A DNA stretch of 64,000 nucleotides from Octopus vulgaris (taxonomy: Eukaryota): positions 86,738,001 through 86,802,000 of the forward strand of contig OX597818.1 of assembly GCA_951406725.2 (NCBI GenBank), read 5' to 3'. Shown here one piece after another: positions 41,858 through 55,540 of this stretch. How positions within the stretch are numbered: the stretch's first letter is position 1; each line of letters opens with the position of its first letter. The position numbers and the translations under genes are program-made. The notes under the pieces are model-generated. The model searched no databases, had not been told where the DNA came from, and saw only the letters and a program-made list of their open reading frames with translations.

Positions 41858-42239
41858 TATAATATACGTATGTATGTATGTATGTATGTATGTATGTATG
41901 TATGTATGTATGTATGTATGTATGTATGTATGTATGAAATAAAACTGAATAATGACATATATATATAATGCATTTTGCATGTATAAATAAATGTATGACT
42001 ATTACTGTTAAGTTTAGAGCTCAGCATAGATTATCATTGTCGAGTCTGCTTCCAGTATAGTGATTAAACAACTACTATACTTGGTACTATTACTAGTTAT
42101 GATATACATAGCAAATGTGGGAGAAATTATAAAAAATACAGTTTATATCATTATTAGTTCCTACATATGTTTCACTATTGTGGTTCATTGGGAACTTTGC
42201 CTTGAATGTTCCATAACCACCACGGACAGATAAAGTTAG

Positions 42240-42482
42240 TTAGCTTCTTGAATCATACAGACTCATAAGGGTCAGTTTTCCAGTTTCCATGGCACATATA
42301 TTCCCCATCTGGATGGGATGCCGGTCCATTGCAGGATTACTCATCTTTGTCAACTGAGTGGACTGGAGCAACATGAAATTACGTGTTTTGCTCAAGAATG
42401 CAACGCATTGCCCAGTCCAGGAATCAAAACAACAATTTTGTGATTATGAGTCCAACATCCTAACCACTAAGCCATGCACCAC
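42240..42482 (-). mobile_element. Older SINE family C copy
   Basis: ctgagtggactggagcaacatgaaat...ctaaccactaagcca, as at 8100-8220. Confidence 0.8.
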
Positions 42483-42648
42483 AACACCACAATGGAAGGA
42501 TCATCAGGGAATACTTTATTACAGAGAAATAATGTTTTAGTTCTCTGAAGCTTGGAGGATCCGATGCAGAATTCCAAAATAACTACATTGGTGAAATGTA
42601 AGCGGGAACTAACAATAATATACACTTTTGTTTATCTTAATTTCTCCT

Positions 42649-42743
<95 letters not shown>

Positions 42744-42744
<1 letters not shown>

Positions 42745-43513
42745 TAGCAGTATCACCCGGTGTTGCTTGGGTTTGTTTCGACCCTTTAGAATTGGAATTT
42801 TTGAAAAGTAAAAATTTTGCAATATGCAACTTGTTATTCTCTTCAAGTGAACATTTTTTCAGTTGAAATACATCGAAAAATGGTGACACAGCAGTCAAAA
42901 ATCGTAAAAAATAGGGATTTTCATAGAAAAAAAGCAACCTTTTTGATGTAAATAATTTTTGGTGTTAACATGGTCCGATTTGAATTTTATCTTCTACAGA
43001 ATGAAGAGCAAACCTTCTTCTACCATACTCTCAATTTTGGTCAACTTGCGCTGCAGGGTCTCGAAGGAGATAGTGTTAGTTGAAGGCTACCAAACCTGCC
43101 ACACACAGACAACTTCAGCTTTATATACACTACCGTCAGAAATTAATTAGCACCCTTGATTTGCTCTTCACTCAAGCTATGTGCTGTCACCTAGTGGCCA
43201 TATCTCGAACTATTGCTTTGTTGCGAGTTCACTGTTGCGCAGAACGATGACGTAACTTTGTTTGCAGAGCAGTTTGAGAGTCTACAGCCTTATGATGTTG
43301 ACATAGCAGTGCAACAACTTGGAGTGCGGATGCAGACAAATCTTCCTTTGTTTAATAGATATAGGTAGCGCCTCGCAAGGACCGAAATCACACCATACTA
43401 AGTTTTCTCATCGCGTAAGACGTTTTGAACAGCTCATAAGGTTAATTGATTTAACCTATTTAATGTAGAAATTTGAGAAGTGCTAATTAATTTCTGACGC
43501 AAGTGTATATAGA
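42744..43513 (-). mobile_element. Non-autonomous Helitron carrying a nested MITE
   Basis: Minus strand A|TCtatata... start; end hairpin acccaagcaacaccgggt followed by CTAG|T. Confidence 0.75.
43128..43505. mobile_element. Tc1/mariner-type MITE
   Basis: TIRs cactaccgtcagaaattaattagcac / gtgctaattaatttctgacgcaagtg, TA TSD. Confidence 0.85.
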
Positions 43514-43539
43514 TTTGCTACACACTACTTTCCATCCAA

Positions 43540-44239
43540 AAGTTAAACACACAGACACATACACAGATACAGACACATACACACAAGTTGAATTTTATAT
43601 ATATATATAGATTTCTCAACGGGGATTTCAGGAGAGAGTTTCAGGGAGTCGCTGGCGATGTATAGTGATGATAAAAAATCCGGCCTGCTAAAATTTGGTT
43701 AAAGTGATTCAAACTGCAGACTCGACGCAAAATGGTCACATTTAATTCAAAGCGTTAAAAATGTTATGAAAACAATTGGTATGTGTTCACAAAGTCCAAA
43801 CGATTAATACGAAAAAGCCCACCAGGCTACATCTCGAAAATTAATTTCTTTGCCGAATTTCTACAATGTTTACGGCGATTCGTTTTTATATGTTGATTTT
43901 TTATTTTTCATGCAATTTACGCATGCTTGTACGCGTGCTGAACACAGTTCATGTCAAACAGCTGACTGAGTAAAGTTCACTATTCAATGCATGGGATAAG
44001 GCCTAAACAAACACATTATCGATTTTTGCACTTGCGAGGTGAATTTCGGAACAGAAATAGCGCAGTTCAATTTTCATTCGCCTAAACTTTAAGTGACCCA
44101 TTTTTGGTGGTTCTACGATTTGTTGGCTAGGAGGAGGTGTGCCGGGAAGTTAAACACACAGACACACACACAGATACACACAGAGACACACACACAGATA
44201 CACACACAGACACACAAGTTGAGTTTTATATATATAGAT
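43540..44239 (-). mobile_element. Helitron-like fragments (two 5' ends of one family)
   Basis: aagttaaacacacagacac...cacacaagttga.ttttatatatatagat occurs at 43540-43612 and 44147-44239. No 3' CTAG end is seen. Confidence 0.55.
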
Positions 44240-44240
44240 A

Positions 44241-44534
44241 TCACCGTAATCACTGTGACCGACCAGGCTATCAGATGTTGCTACACATCGCTGGTCACAA
44301 TGCGCTTCGCAGTTTTTAGCCTTCAAATGACGCCACCCCGCTGGCTAAGCGAGCAGGCCAACAGAAGAAAGAGTGAGAGAAAGTTACGGCGAAAGAGTAC
44401 AGCAGGGATCGCCACCACCCCCTGCCGGAGCCTCGTGGAGCTTTAGGTGTTTTCGTTCAATAAACGCTCACAACTTCCGGGCTGGGAATCGAAACCGCGA
44501 GTCCGCTGCCCTAACCACTGGACTATTGCACCTC

Positions 44535-44537
<3 letters not shown>
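44241..44537 (-). mobile_element. SINE family D
   Basis: Reverse complement of gtggaggtgcaatagtccagtggttagggcagcggactcgcggtttcgattccc. Confidence 0.82.
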
Positions 44538-44567
<30 letters not shown>

Positions 44568-44618
44568 GCTCGCACACACACACACGCACATACACACACG
44601 CGCACACACACACACACG

Positions 44619-44651
<33 letters not shown>

Positions 44652-44666
44652 GTCTCTAATTAATAT

Positions 44667-44716
<50 letters not shown>

Positions 44717-44757
44717 GAAAGAATGGAGTTGAACGACGAATTAACAAAATTCCTTTA

Positions 44758-44840
44758 TTTTCGACATATGTTTCGAAGGCTGCATATTCCTAATTTCGAA
44801 GGAATAAAGGGTGCATTATGCCGCCTTCTCATCAAGAAAA
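44758..44840 (-). ncRNA. Type I hammerhead ribozyme (C3U variant)
   Basis: Minus strand ttttc-TTGATGA-gaaggc...gccttc-GAAA-catatg-TC-gaaaa. Confidence 0.75.
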
Positions 44841-46146
44841 CAAGGAACTTATGTCAGCATCAAGATTCACAAAAACAGTGCCATTTATATTAGACACAGT
44901 CAAACTTATTCTAGAAAATAACACATTCTTCTTCAATGGAAAGAATTACATCCAAATTAGAGGCACGGCGATGGGAACGAGGTTTGCTCCCGTTTACGCC
45001 AACTCTGTAATGGGATACTTAGAAGAACAACTCTACCAAGAGGTGGAGGTAAACTATGGCACTGGATTTAGAAAGTATATTGAAAAGGCATGGAAGAGAT
45101 ACCTAGACGACTGTTTCATAATCTGGACAGAATCTCTAAATACTCTGGAAGAGTTCAATATCCTCCTGAACAACCTACACCCATCTCTCAAATTTACAAA
45201 GGAGATGAGTAGTACCAAATTACCATTCCTGGATATAATGGTAATTAAAAAAGACACCACCATCACCACAGATATATACTATAAACACACAGACACACAT
45301 CAATACCTAAATTTTAAGTCGTGCCATCCACCACATACAAAACGTAACATCCCATACTGCCTAGCCAGAAGAATTTGTACTATTGTAGAAGATGCAAATA
45401 TCAGGAACAAACGCCTAATAGAACTAAGAGAATTTTTGCTCAAACAAAAATACCCATCTCTACTTATAGAAAATGGCATACAGCGGGCTATAAGAATACC
45501 TATACAACAACTTAGGACAACCCAAGGAAGAGGAAAACAAGAACAAGTCATACCATTCATAGTGACACACAACCCATGTCACCAGAATATCTTCAACATT
45601 GCCAAAGCAAACCTACCAATCATTGCCCAAAGTAATGAATTAAAAGACATAATCAAGGATCGAGCTATGGTGCTTAGTAAAAGACAGCCTAAAAACTTGA
45701 AAACATTACTAACAAAGGCAAAATTTGACCTCAGCAACAAAGACCAAACATTCACGGTATCTAAATGCAATGATAGCCGATGTGGCACATGCCAATTCAT
45801 ACATACCGGTCAATATATAAACACAAAAACCGGGAAAATATTCACAAACGCGAATATGAACTGCAAAAGCAGAAATTTAATTTACTGCATCAAATGCCCA
45901 AATTGTGAAGAAATATATGTAGGTCAGACGGGAAACGCACTATTAGAACGCTCACGTGTACACCGGCAACAGATTAGAGACCCAGAGGTCCGTCAGATAC
46001 CTTTGAGTAACCACCTAGCAACATGTGGTCGGAAAATATATATAATATTTCCATTCTACAAATTACACAGCCCAAGTGAAATCGAGAGGAAAATCAGAGA
46101 AAAGAATTTTATTGATAAATTCGAACCCAAGCTAAATAAGCAATAA
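44818..46146 (+). CDS. PLE reverse transcriptase (N-truncated) plus GIY-YIG endonuclease
   Basis: GTAMGTRFAPVYAN, WKRYLDDCF, LPFLDI, YYKHTDTHQYL, linker CNDSRCGTC, NLIYCIKCPNCEEIYVGQT and C-terminal E...PKLN. The first ~12 aa come from the inverted cap. Confidence 0.93.
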   Translation: MPPSHQENKELMSASRFTKTVPFILDTVKLILENNTFFFNGKNYIQIRGTAMGTRFAPVYANSVMGYLEEQLYQEVEVNYGTGFRKYIEKAWKRYLDDCFIIWTESLNTLEEFNILLNNLHPSLKFTKEMSSTKLPFLDIMVIKKDTTITTDIYYKHTDTHQYLNFKSCHPPHTKRNIPYCLARRICTIVEDANIRNKRLIELREFLLKQKYPSLLIENGIQRAIRIPIQQLRTTQGRGKQEQVIPFIVTHNPCHQNIFNIAKANLPIIAQSNELKDIIKDRAMVLSKRQPKNLKTLLTKAKFDLSNKDQTFTVSKCNDSRCGTCQFIHTGQYINTKTGKIFTNANMNCKSRNLIYCIKCPNCEEIYVGQTGNALLERSRVHRQQIRDPEVRQIPLSNHLATCGRKIYIIFPFYKLHSPSEIERKIREKNFIDKFEPKLNKQ

Positions 46147-46460
46147 TAATAATACTTAGAGGTATTACTTCCACTGCTACGACCATGACCACTAACAACA
46201 ACAACAATACTAACGGTGATCAAGACGAAGATAGCAGGAAAATTATCTTATTTAGGGTTAAAAGTTCTATTGCCACCACCATCACCACTAGCAACAATAA
46301 TTAAGGTGCTGACAATGATGATGATGACAATTGAAATATAAAAATATAAAAATCTCTGACAAAGGATATTTACAACATTTCTAAAAATAACCCAACAATT
46401 GCTGCTTCGGCCAGGGTCAAGATACAGGACTCTTGACCTGTCCAACAAAGCGTGATGCCT

Positions 46461-46590
46461 AAACCAATCAGCTCAACCAACCAATCAGCTTAAGTAATTG
46501 AGTGATACTACACACTGATTGGTCAGAATACAGTTTGCAAAACCTAGCACTCTGGAGCCTACCCAGCTGTATTTATAGCACAGAATCACT
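46461..46590 (+). promoter_or_regulatory. Putative pLTR Pol II promoter
   Basis: aaCCAATcag twice (46462, 46479), reverse ctgATTGG (46515), and TATTTATA at ~46570 just upstream of the HHR. Confidence 0.5.
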
Positions 46591-46640
46591 CATCTTGCTA
46601 CAGTCAAAAATTGTGAAGCATGACTGTCAACACTACTACA

Positions 46641-46685
46641 TGAACCCGAAGATTGCAGAATTCAATGCATGAAAGTACTAGTTCA
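46641..46685 (+). ncRNA. Minimal type I hammerhead ribozyme in the PLE 3' pLTR (U4C variant)
   Basis: tgaac-CCGAAGA-ttgca-gaattcaa-tgcat-GAAA-gtac-TA-gttca. Confidence 0.8.
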
Positions 46686-46814
46686 ATCAGAATGAATATT
46701 TAACATTCTACTATTTCATTTTATTTTATTCAATTATAATATATTATCTTATAATATATCATTATAATATTGTAAATAAAACGTGAAAATCAGACAAGGT
46801 TGGAATTCTTTTTA

Positions 46815-46880
<66 letters not shown>

Positions 46881-47563
46881 GGACTCTCCTGTAGTTAGAC
46901 GACGCATGTGGGCTTGAGAATTTCTTGCCGGACAACCGCACTTATAATTTGTTTATAGTGATCAAATGTTTGTGTTCACATAAGCTCACTCCCTCCATCA
47001 AATCGACATTACCTGTACAGGTGCAACGGGTGCCACATGTCTGATGTCGAAACGATCGCAGAGCAACGTGAAATGAAGTGCCTTGCTGAAGAACACAACG
47101 CAGCTTGTTTCAGTCATTTCACTGCTGCCATGCTGGAGCACCGCCTTGAAGGGATTTAGTCGAGCAAATCGACCCCAGGACTTACTTTTCAATCTTAGAA
47201 CTTATTCTATCGTTCACTTTTTACTTAACCTATAAGTTGCGGGGACGCAAACATATCGACACCGGTTGTCAAGCGATAATGGGAGGACAAACACGGACAC
47301 AAAGACACACACATAGATATATACATGTGTATGCATAAACATGCACGGCCCGACGCAACAGTAGAAGGCACTTGATCAAGGTTCCACGCAGCGGGACTGA
47401 ACCCGGAACCATATTGTTTGGAAAGCGAAGGCAAAAGCAAAATGCCTTACAGTAATCAATGATCGATGTATATAACTAATTGAGGGCGTGACGCTCTTCC
47501 TCATGATTTTCGAACATGAAGAAACTGCTATCAACTATCATTTGTGTTGGTGCGTGTGCGTGC

Positions 47564-47630
<67 letters not shown>

Positions 47631-48039
47631 GATGTTGAACTCGATGGCGGTTCTGAACAAACAAGCCACCGTGACCAACGCTATTTTTTCTTTTCAGAAT
47701 CTACTTCTTGCTCTTCTGCAAAAGGGATGGAGAAATGATCTATTAGGGTATATATTTGGTCTTTCTTTTCCTTGTTACATTCACTGGACTGTGGCCATGC
47801 TAGAGCATTACATTTGATGGTTTAGTCGAACAAATCAATTGCAGTACTTATTTGGGGATTTTTTTAAAAGTCTGACACTTATTCTTTAACCGAACCGCTA
47901 TACTGCGGGGACGTAAACAAACCAACACGGGTTGTCAAATAGTGGTGGGAGACGAACACAGCCATGAAGACACGCGCGCGTATGAGGATGTATGTGTGTG
48001 TGTATGTAGCTAGCTAGCTATATAGATGGATAGATAGAT

Positions 48040-48124
<85 letters not shown>

Positions 48125-48189
48125 GGCATACAGACAGATAGATAGATAGATAGATAGATATATAGATAGATAGAGAGATAGATAGATAT

Positions 48190-48284
<95 letters not shown>

Positions 48285-48285
<1 letters not shown>

Positions 48286-48520
48286 TGGAGGTACATGGGT
48301 TGGTGGCTAAGGTGTTGCACTCATTATCATGATTGTAATTTCGATTCATGGACCGGGCGACGTATTGAGCTCTTAGGCTAAATACATCATTTCCGTTGCT
48401 CCAGTCTACTCAACTAGCAAAATTTAACAATCCTAGCATCCATTCCGGGGTGGGTGTAATATATTCGCCACAGAATGCGGGAAACAAACCTCGGGCTCGA
48501 GAAGGACCATTGACCATTTC
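48285..48520 (+). mobile_element. Diverged SINE family C
   Basis: gtggaggtacatgggttggtggctaagg...tttcgattc..gaccgggcgacg...gttgctccagtctactca. Confidence 0.7.
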
Positions 48521-48860
48521 TTTTTGCTCTTGATATGTATACATGTATATACAACGGGCTTCAACAACGTTTCCGCCGACCGATTTTATCCACAAAGCAT
48601 TGGTCGGCCTGGAACTACAATAGAAGTCTCTTTTCTCAGGGTGCTGCGCAATGGAACATCCCGAAACTGCGGGGTTGCAAAGTGAGCTTCTTAACCACAC
48701 AGCCAAAAACATAATTGATGTGAAGTATACAGTAATTTAAGCTATACATACATACATATACATACATACATATACATACATATATATACATACATATACA
48801 TATACATACATATACATACATACATATACATACATATATATACATACATACATACATATT

Positions 48861-48920
<60 letters not shown>

Positions 48921-48976
48921 GTTTAAATATTTGTTGTGCAAGATTTTTTATGTGAAGTCGTGTGTTGAAACAGATG

Positions 48977-49329
48977 TTGTTATATTTCGGAATGGTCATA
49001 TTGCCAGTTTAGCTCATCGATTCTGTACCAACACGCTGAACAAGAACACGGGGGATCAATCAATAACATAGAGATTAAGATATTGTCCACACATAGAACA
49101 GATGCAACAATTAGACAAATTACAGAAGCTACACATATAATAGAAAATAAACCTAGCCTGAATAGAAAACTAGAATGGAGCAATAGCACACACCACAACA
49201 TATGACGATAGTGGATCCTGCAAACATAATAAATACACAGATAATTAAAGAAATAGAAATGAATAACTATATATATGTATATGTGTATATATGTGTGTAT
49301 GTATATGTGTATATGTGTGTGTATACATG

Positions 49330-49424
<95 letters not shown>

Positions 49425-49899
49425 ACATTTATTATTATTATTACTAATATTGTTGTTATACATACATACAAGCATATGTAATGATAATAATGGGTGGATG
49501 TAAACACATGATTAGAACACAAAATTAGAACAAAAGCAACAACAACAAAAACAAAATACAAATTACAAGAATGTATATAAGCAGAAGATACAAATATTAC
49601 AGGCATCCCCCACACACACACACTAAATAAACATAGACGCACATAGAGATATAAGCATGCGCAAATGAAGACATACAATAGAAATACAAAATGGCTGACG
49701 GTTAGTAAGGAGAGACACAAGTAAGTGAGAAGAAAACAAAGGACCACTGATGCGGTCACAGGAGTGTGACGAAAGAACTTTGGCCGAAATAAGATTAAGA
49801 TTAATGTAAAAAATAAATATCACTGAAGCAAAATAACACCAAATATATAGTGCGTGTGTTTTTATTGGCTAAACTGGCAATATGACTATTCCGAAATAT

Positions 49900-49904
<5 letters not shown>
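48977..49904 (+). mobile_element. ORF-less PLE-like insert with 37-bp inverted ends and an HHR-like motif
   Basis: 48977-49013 is the reverse complement of 49868-49904 (1 mismatch). cca-CTGATGC-g-gtcaca-ggag-tgtgac-GAAA-gaac-TT-tgg at 49744-49783. Confidence 0.65.
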
Positions 49905-49955
<51 letters not shown>

Positions 49956-50513
49956 TTATTTATTTATTTATATATATATATTAAATTACTAATTGAATTG
50001 TGAAAAGGAAACCGTAAAAAAATGGCTATGAAATTTAGGAATCAATATTCTCAAAGATTAATAACGGAAAAAAGTTGAGAAGAATGTCAAAGAGTCGTGA
50101 GTGTTTGTCACAAGTACGAAAATTAGTTTGGAAAATTTCTTGAAAAGGACATAGGGTGGATGGAATAAAGTTGATTAGCGATTTCTAAAGTTGTTGCGAA
50201 AGAAATAATAAAATCATTCAAGGCGATAGCTTTATCGATTATCAAGAACCGATAGAATCGGATAACATAATGGTTAAACAGAACTTTGTATGTTCAACGT
50301 TCCGATAGACAACGCTTTTTTTTTCTTTTTTTTTAGTTTATAATTAATTTCAAACTATGTGGTGTACGAAGAAGATGGAAGGAGAAAAAAGCTTTGGTTT
50401 CCTTTTCAGTAAAAAAAAAGAATTATAATTCTCTGTTTAAGATTAAGCTTAAACAATTTAAAGGGATTATTGTGACCCTAACTTTAGCTTTCAACTCATT
50501 TTGTGTGTGTATG

Positions 50514-50698
<185 letters not shown>

Positions 50699-50727
50699 GT
50701 GGGTGTATGCATTTGTATGTACGTATG

Positions 50728-50758
<31 letters not shown>

Positions 50759-51207
50759 ATAAACGCGCGCGCGCACATGCACCTAGACATTTTTTCGCTG
50801 CTTTCGCGGAATCTCATGTCTCCATCCAATCCTATTATTATAAATTTGATTTGGGAGCTTGAGTCATTATGAATCGTTCATTAGCTGATTACACAACCAT
50901 GGAAGCCATCCCTATGCATTGCAGTTACTCTTTTGATACAGCTTGGTGATCCTGATTGCTGATCTTCTAGGCTTCCTTGGCTCAGTATCAATGTAAGAAG
51001 CATCATTGGCTCAGTTTAACTCTTCTGATACCCTTCACAATCCAACAATCGGCAAACCTGCGATTTCGTCTTATCACTGCAAGGTGGCTGAACGGGTAAT
51101 ATGCCTTACCAAAGGTCAGCCGCAACTATGCTGGGCACGGTCGTCACTCCAGAGATAGTTTCAAAGTACCCGATTACTCACTCAATACACACGTGCAAAC
51201 AATTATA

Positions 51208-51290
<83 letters not shown>

Positions 51291-51458
51291 TTTATTTAAA
51301 AGCAGCAGACATTTAACAAAGGCTGTTACTCGGTGTTTCACATTCCGAGTAACAGCTTTTGTTAAATTTCTGCTGCTTTTAAATAATGCATATTACTCTA
51401 CCTCGGGTATTTGAGTACTTTTTTCCCCACCTTATTTCACATTTATGTGTTTACTCCG

Positions 51459-51460
<2 letters not shown>
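51291..51460 (+). mobile_element. Short PLE-like 3' end with a 42-bp fold-back, in (TA)n
   Basis: Arms 51292-51333 and ~51345-51386. Same family as 60048-60173. Confidence 0.7.
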
Positions 51461-51512
<52 letters not shown>

Positions 51513-51763
51513 TGGGATCACCACTACTTTATTGTCTCCCCTTCTTCCTAGCTCTCCTGTGTGACCCCTATGTCCGGCATTCGCCATGATAGATCGATAG
51601 CCACTACACATTCTTTATTTTCTCTCCTTGTTTCTTTCTGTGGAAGAGCGTAGTCTCGAAACGTTAATGAGTTTTCCACTTCCCGAGCGTTAAACTAATA
51701 TATCTGTTTGTTGTCTACACCAACTGTCTTCGTCTTTCGTTTTTTTTTTTTTGTGAATTCTCC

Positions 51764-51812
<49 letters not shown>

Positions 51813-52114
51813 TATACATGTGTGTGTGTGTGTGTGTGTGGTGTGTGTATGTACATACATCATATAAATATAAATCTTTATTGCCCAGAAGGGACTAAAC
51901 ATAGAGGGGACAAACAAGGACAGAAAAAGACACTAAGTCGGTTACATCTACCCTAGTGCGTAAATAGTGCTTATTTAATAGATCTCGAAAAGATGAAAGG
52001 CAACGTCAACCTAGGCGGAATTTGAACTCAGAACGTAGCGGCAAACGAAATACCTCTAAGCATTTCGCCTCGGCGTGCTAACAATTCTGGAAGCTCGCCG
52101 CCTTTTATATATAT

Positions 52115-52523
52115 ACTCATTTACTCTTTTACTTGTTTCAGTCATTTGACTGCGGCCATGCTGGAGCACCGCCCTTAGTCGAGCAACTCAACCCCTTGAC
52201 TTATTTTTTGTAAGCCCAGTACTTATACTATCGGTCTCTTTTGCCGAACCGCTAAGTGACGGGAACATAAACACACCAGCATCGGTTGTCAAGCAATGCT
52301 AGGGGGACAAACACAGACACACAAACACACACGCACACACATATATATATATATACATATATATGACAGGCTTCATTCAGTTTCCGTCTACCAAATCCAC
52401 TCACAAGGCATTGGTCGGCCTGGGCTATAGCAGAAGACACTTGCCCAAGATGCCACGCAGTGGGACTGAACCCGGAACCATGTGGTTGGTTAGCAAGCTA
52501 CTTACCACACAGCCACTCCTGCG

Positions 52524-52526
<3 letters not shown>
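52115..52526 (-). mobile_element. SINE family A, full length
   Basis: Head aggcgcaggagtggctgtgtggtaag on the minus strand, internal (CA)/(TA), and tail. Confidence 0.88.
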
Positions 52527-52592
<66 letters not shown>

Positions 52593-53119
52593 ACACACGT
52601 ATGTACATGCGTGTATATACACATACGTACACATTTACCAGCGCGCATATACATGTGTGCGTGTGTGTGCGTGTGTGTGTGAGTGCGCGCGTGTTGGCGT
52701 CCAGTCGGGAGACTCATTAGATTGTCAGATAAAATTGTAATAATTCTTACGTCTCTCTTACAGGAGGATCAGTCAATTATGATTTTACTCTTCATATTCC
52801 CTTCTCAGAGTCATACATTTGTTACAGCCGTTCTTCTGCTTTTCTAAGCACTGTAAACGAACTCGGATGGTTAGACCTTCAGCCAGGTCTTTCGTGATGC
52901 CCTTAAAGGCAGAAACTTTTCAGCACACATCCTTGTGTTTGTATGTATGTATGTATGTATGTATGTATGTATGTATGTATGTATGTATGTATGTATGTAT
53001 GTGTATATATATATGTGTGTATAGATATATATATTTAAGTGTGCATCTCTATGTATATATTTGTGTATGTATATATATGTATATACAAACACATATATAT
53101 ATATATATGCATATATACA

Positions 53120-53177
<58 letters not shown>

Positions 53178-53847
53178 TACGTATATATATACATACATTC
53201 ATAGTTATATACATACATACATGCCTACATACATATATACGTGTGTGTCTGTGTGTCTGTGTGTGTATACACACATATATTCATAAAATCAGGTCGGAGC
53301 TGAGTATGTTAAGTATAGAAAATACATAGTAGTACCAGAAAGGATTTAAACTTAACTCCGGATTCTTTGTCCAGGGCAAGGTACGTGCAGTCAAAAGTGG
53401 TTATAAGAGAAATCCAAATGGAGCTGTTATTGAGATAGTAACGGAGATAAGCTCAGTTAGGATTGATATAAATACAATTACATGGAGTGCAAGAAAATGC
53501 CGAATAAATATACAGTTTATGGTAAGAAAATATGTAATTTCATAACACGACAGCTGTTTCAAGATGCCTGGAATAACGTAATTATCATTATACTCATTAT
53601 TTGCAGATGAAATGGTGCAAAACGTCATGGGTACGTGACCTATAACCAATCACATTAAGATATCAACAAGAAGTCTGGCCTCCCTCGCCAAAAGAAGATT
53701 GGTATACATAAATACATTACATATATTACACATATATATGTATGTGTGCGCGTGTATGTATACGAACATGAAAATGCATATATTACTTATATGCTTATAT
53801 ATGTACATGTATATGCATATGTTCCATATATTACATATATTCATATA

Positions 53848-53891
<44 letters not shown>

Positions 53892-53982
53892 CATATATGT
53901 AAATATACATGTGTAAACATATATATGCATATATAAACATGTGTACATGCATATACATACATATAAAAATACATATAAACAC

Positions 53983-54059
<77 letters not shown>

Positions 54060-54207
54060 ACACCTCACCTCCATATACAGTAATAAATTCCGGCATTAAA
54101 AGATATAACATTAATATTTATCAAATCAGATGTATGCGTGTGTGTATGTGTGTATGTGTGTGTATAATACAATAAATAAACATTGTATAGATAGCACACA
54201 CACACTA

Positions 54208-54240
<33 letters not shown>

Positions 54241-54639
54241 CAAGCACACACACACAAACCAACAAACCAACAAACCGACAAACGAACCAACAGTTCTTAG
54301 AAGTTCATTAATTATGATATCAGATTTTGATATTTTCTGATTGCCATTCATAGAACTTCAATCATTGACTAACTTGCAAGAAATCAAAAGACACCTTCTG
54401 CTACAACTTTCTGTTTATGTTGCCATTTATTCTCTTCACTTCCATCTTTGATTTTTCTTTTTCATTTTTTTTAAAGTGTTTTTTTTTGTGTGTGTGTGTG
54501 TGTGTGTTGTTGCTCTTTAGTTATTTTCGTCTTCTTTTATTTTTTTTTTCGTTTTTGGCGGCTAATACCGTTTCTTTCCTATCTGACGACGAGTAATTAC
54601 GCGTTTGTTAGTGTTGTGCGTATTATGTGTGTTCTGCGT

Positions 54640-54758
54640 ATTGGCGTTGCTGTTGTAGTGGCGGTTGCAGTGGATTAGTTATAGATGTTGTTGTTGTTGT
54701 TCATAGTAGAAGTTGACGTAGTAGTTGCAGCGTTTATTGAAGTAGTAGCAGCTGCAGC

Positions 54759-54821
<63 letters not shown>

Positions 54822-54856
54822 AGCAGCAGTAGTAGTAGAAGTAGTAATAGTACTAC

Positions 54857-54889
<33 letters not shown>

Positions 54890-55039
54890 CGGCAGCAGCA
54901 GCAGCAGCAGTAGTACCGGTAATAGTAGAAGTAGTAGAAGCAGTAGTAGTAGTTGTAGTAGTACTACTACTACTACTACTAATAGTAATAGTAGTAGTAG
55001 TAGTCGTAGTTGTAGTACTACTACTACTACTAGTAGTAA

Positions 55040-55092
<53 letters not shown>

Positions 55093-55540
55093 TGATGATG
55101 ATGATGAGGAGGAGGAGGAGTGATTATTGTTGCTTTAGTAAAAGTACTAATTTTTTTATTCGTTTCTCTTCAACAATACTAATTGCTGTTATTGCTAATT
55201 TGGGTGGTGGCGGGTTGTGGTGGTGGTGGTGGTGGTGGAGGTTGTGGTGGTGGTGGTGGTGGTGGTGGTGGTGGTGGTGTTAATACTGGTGATTGTTGCT
55301 CTTAATGTTGTTGTTGCTGATGCCGTCACTGTTGTTGTTGCTGCTGCTGTTAGCGATGAAGTTACTCCTTGTTATCTTTTGTTGCTAATTAGTAGTTGTT
55401 GTTGCTGTTATCGCTATGACAATAATGTTTGGTACTATCGTTGTTGCTGTTACTAATACTTTCGTTGCTAGTATAGCTAACAATAACGTTATCGTCGTCG
55501 TTATTACTGCTGTCGTTGTTGTTGTTGAAGCGACAATAAA
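54640..55540. repeat. GTA/GTT/GCA/GGT trinucleotide low-complexity block
   Basis: Directly visible. Confidence 0.9.

Larger units (their letters stand above)
44713..46818 (+). mobile_element. 5'-truncated Penelope-like retroelement (probably Neptune clade) in (TA)n
   Basis: RT + GIY-YIG ORF, a 3' pLTR with an HHR, an inverted HHR-bearing 5' cap, and (TA)n on both flanks. Confidence 0.92.
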
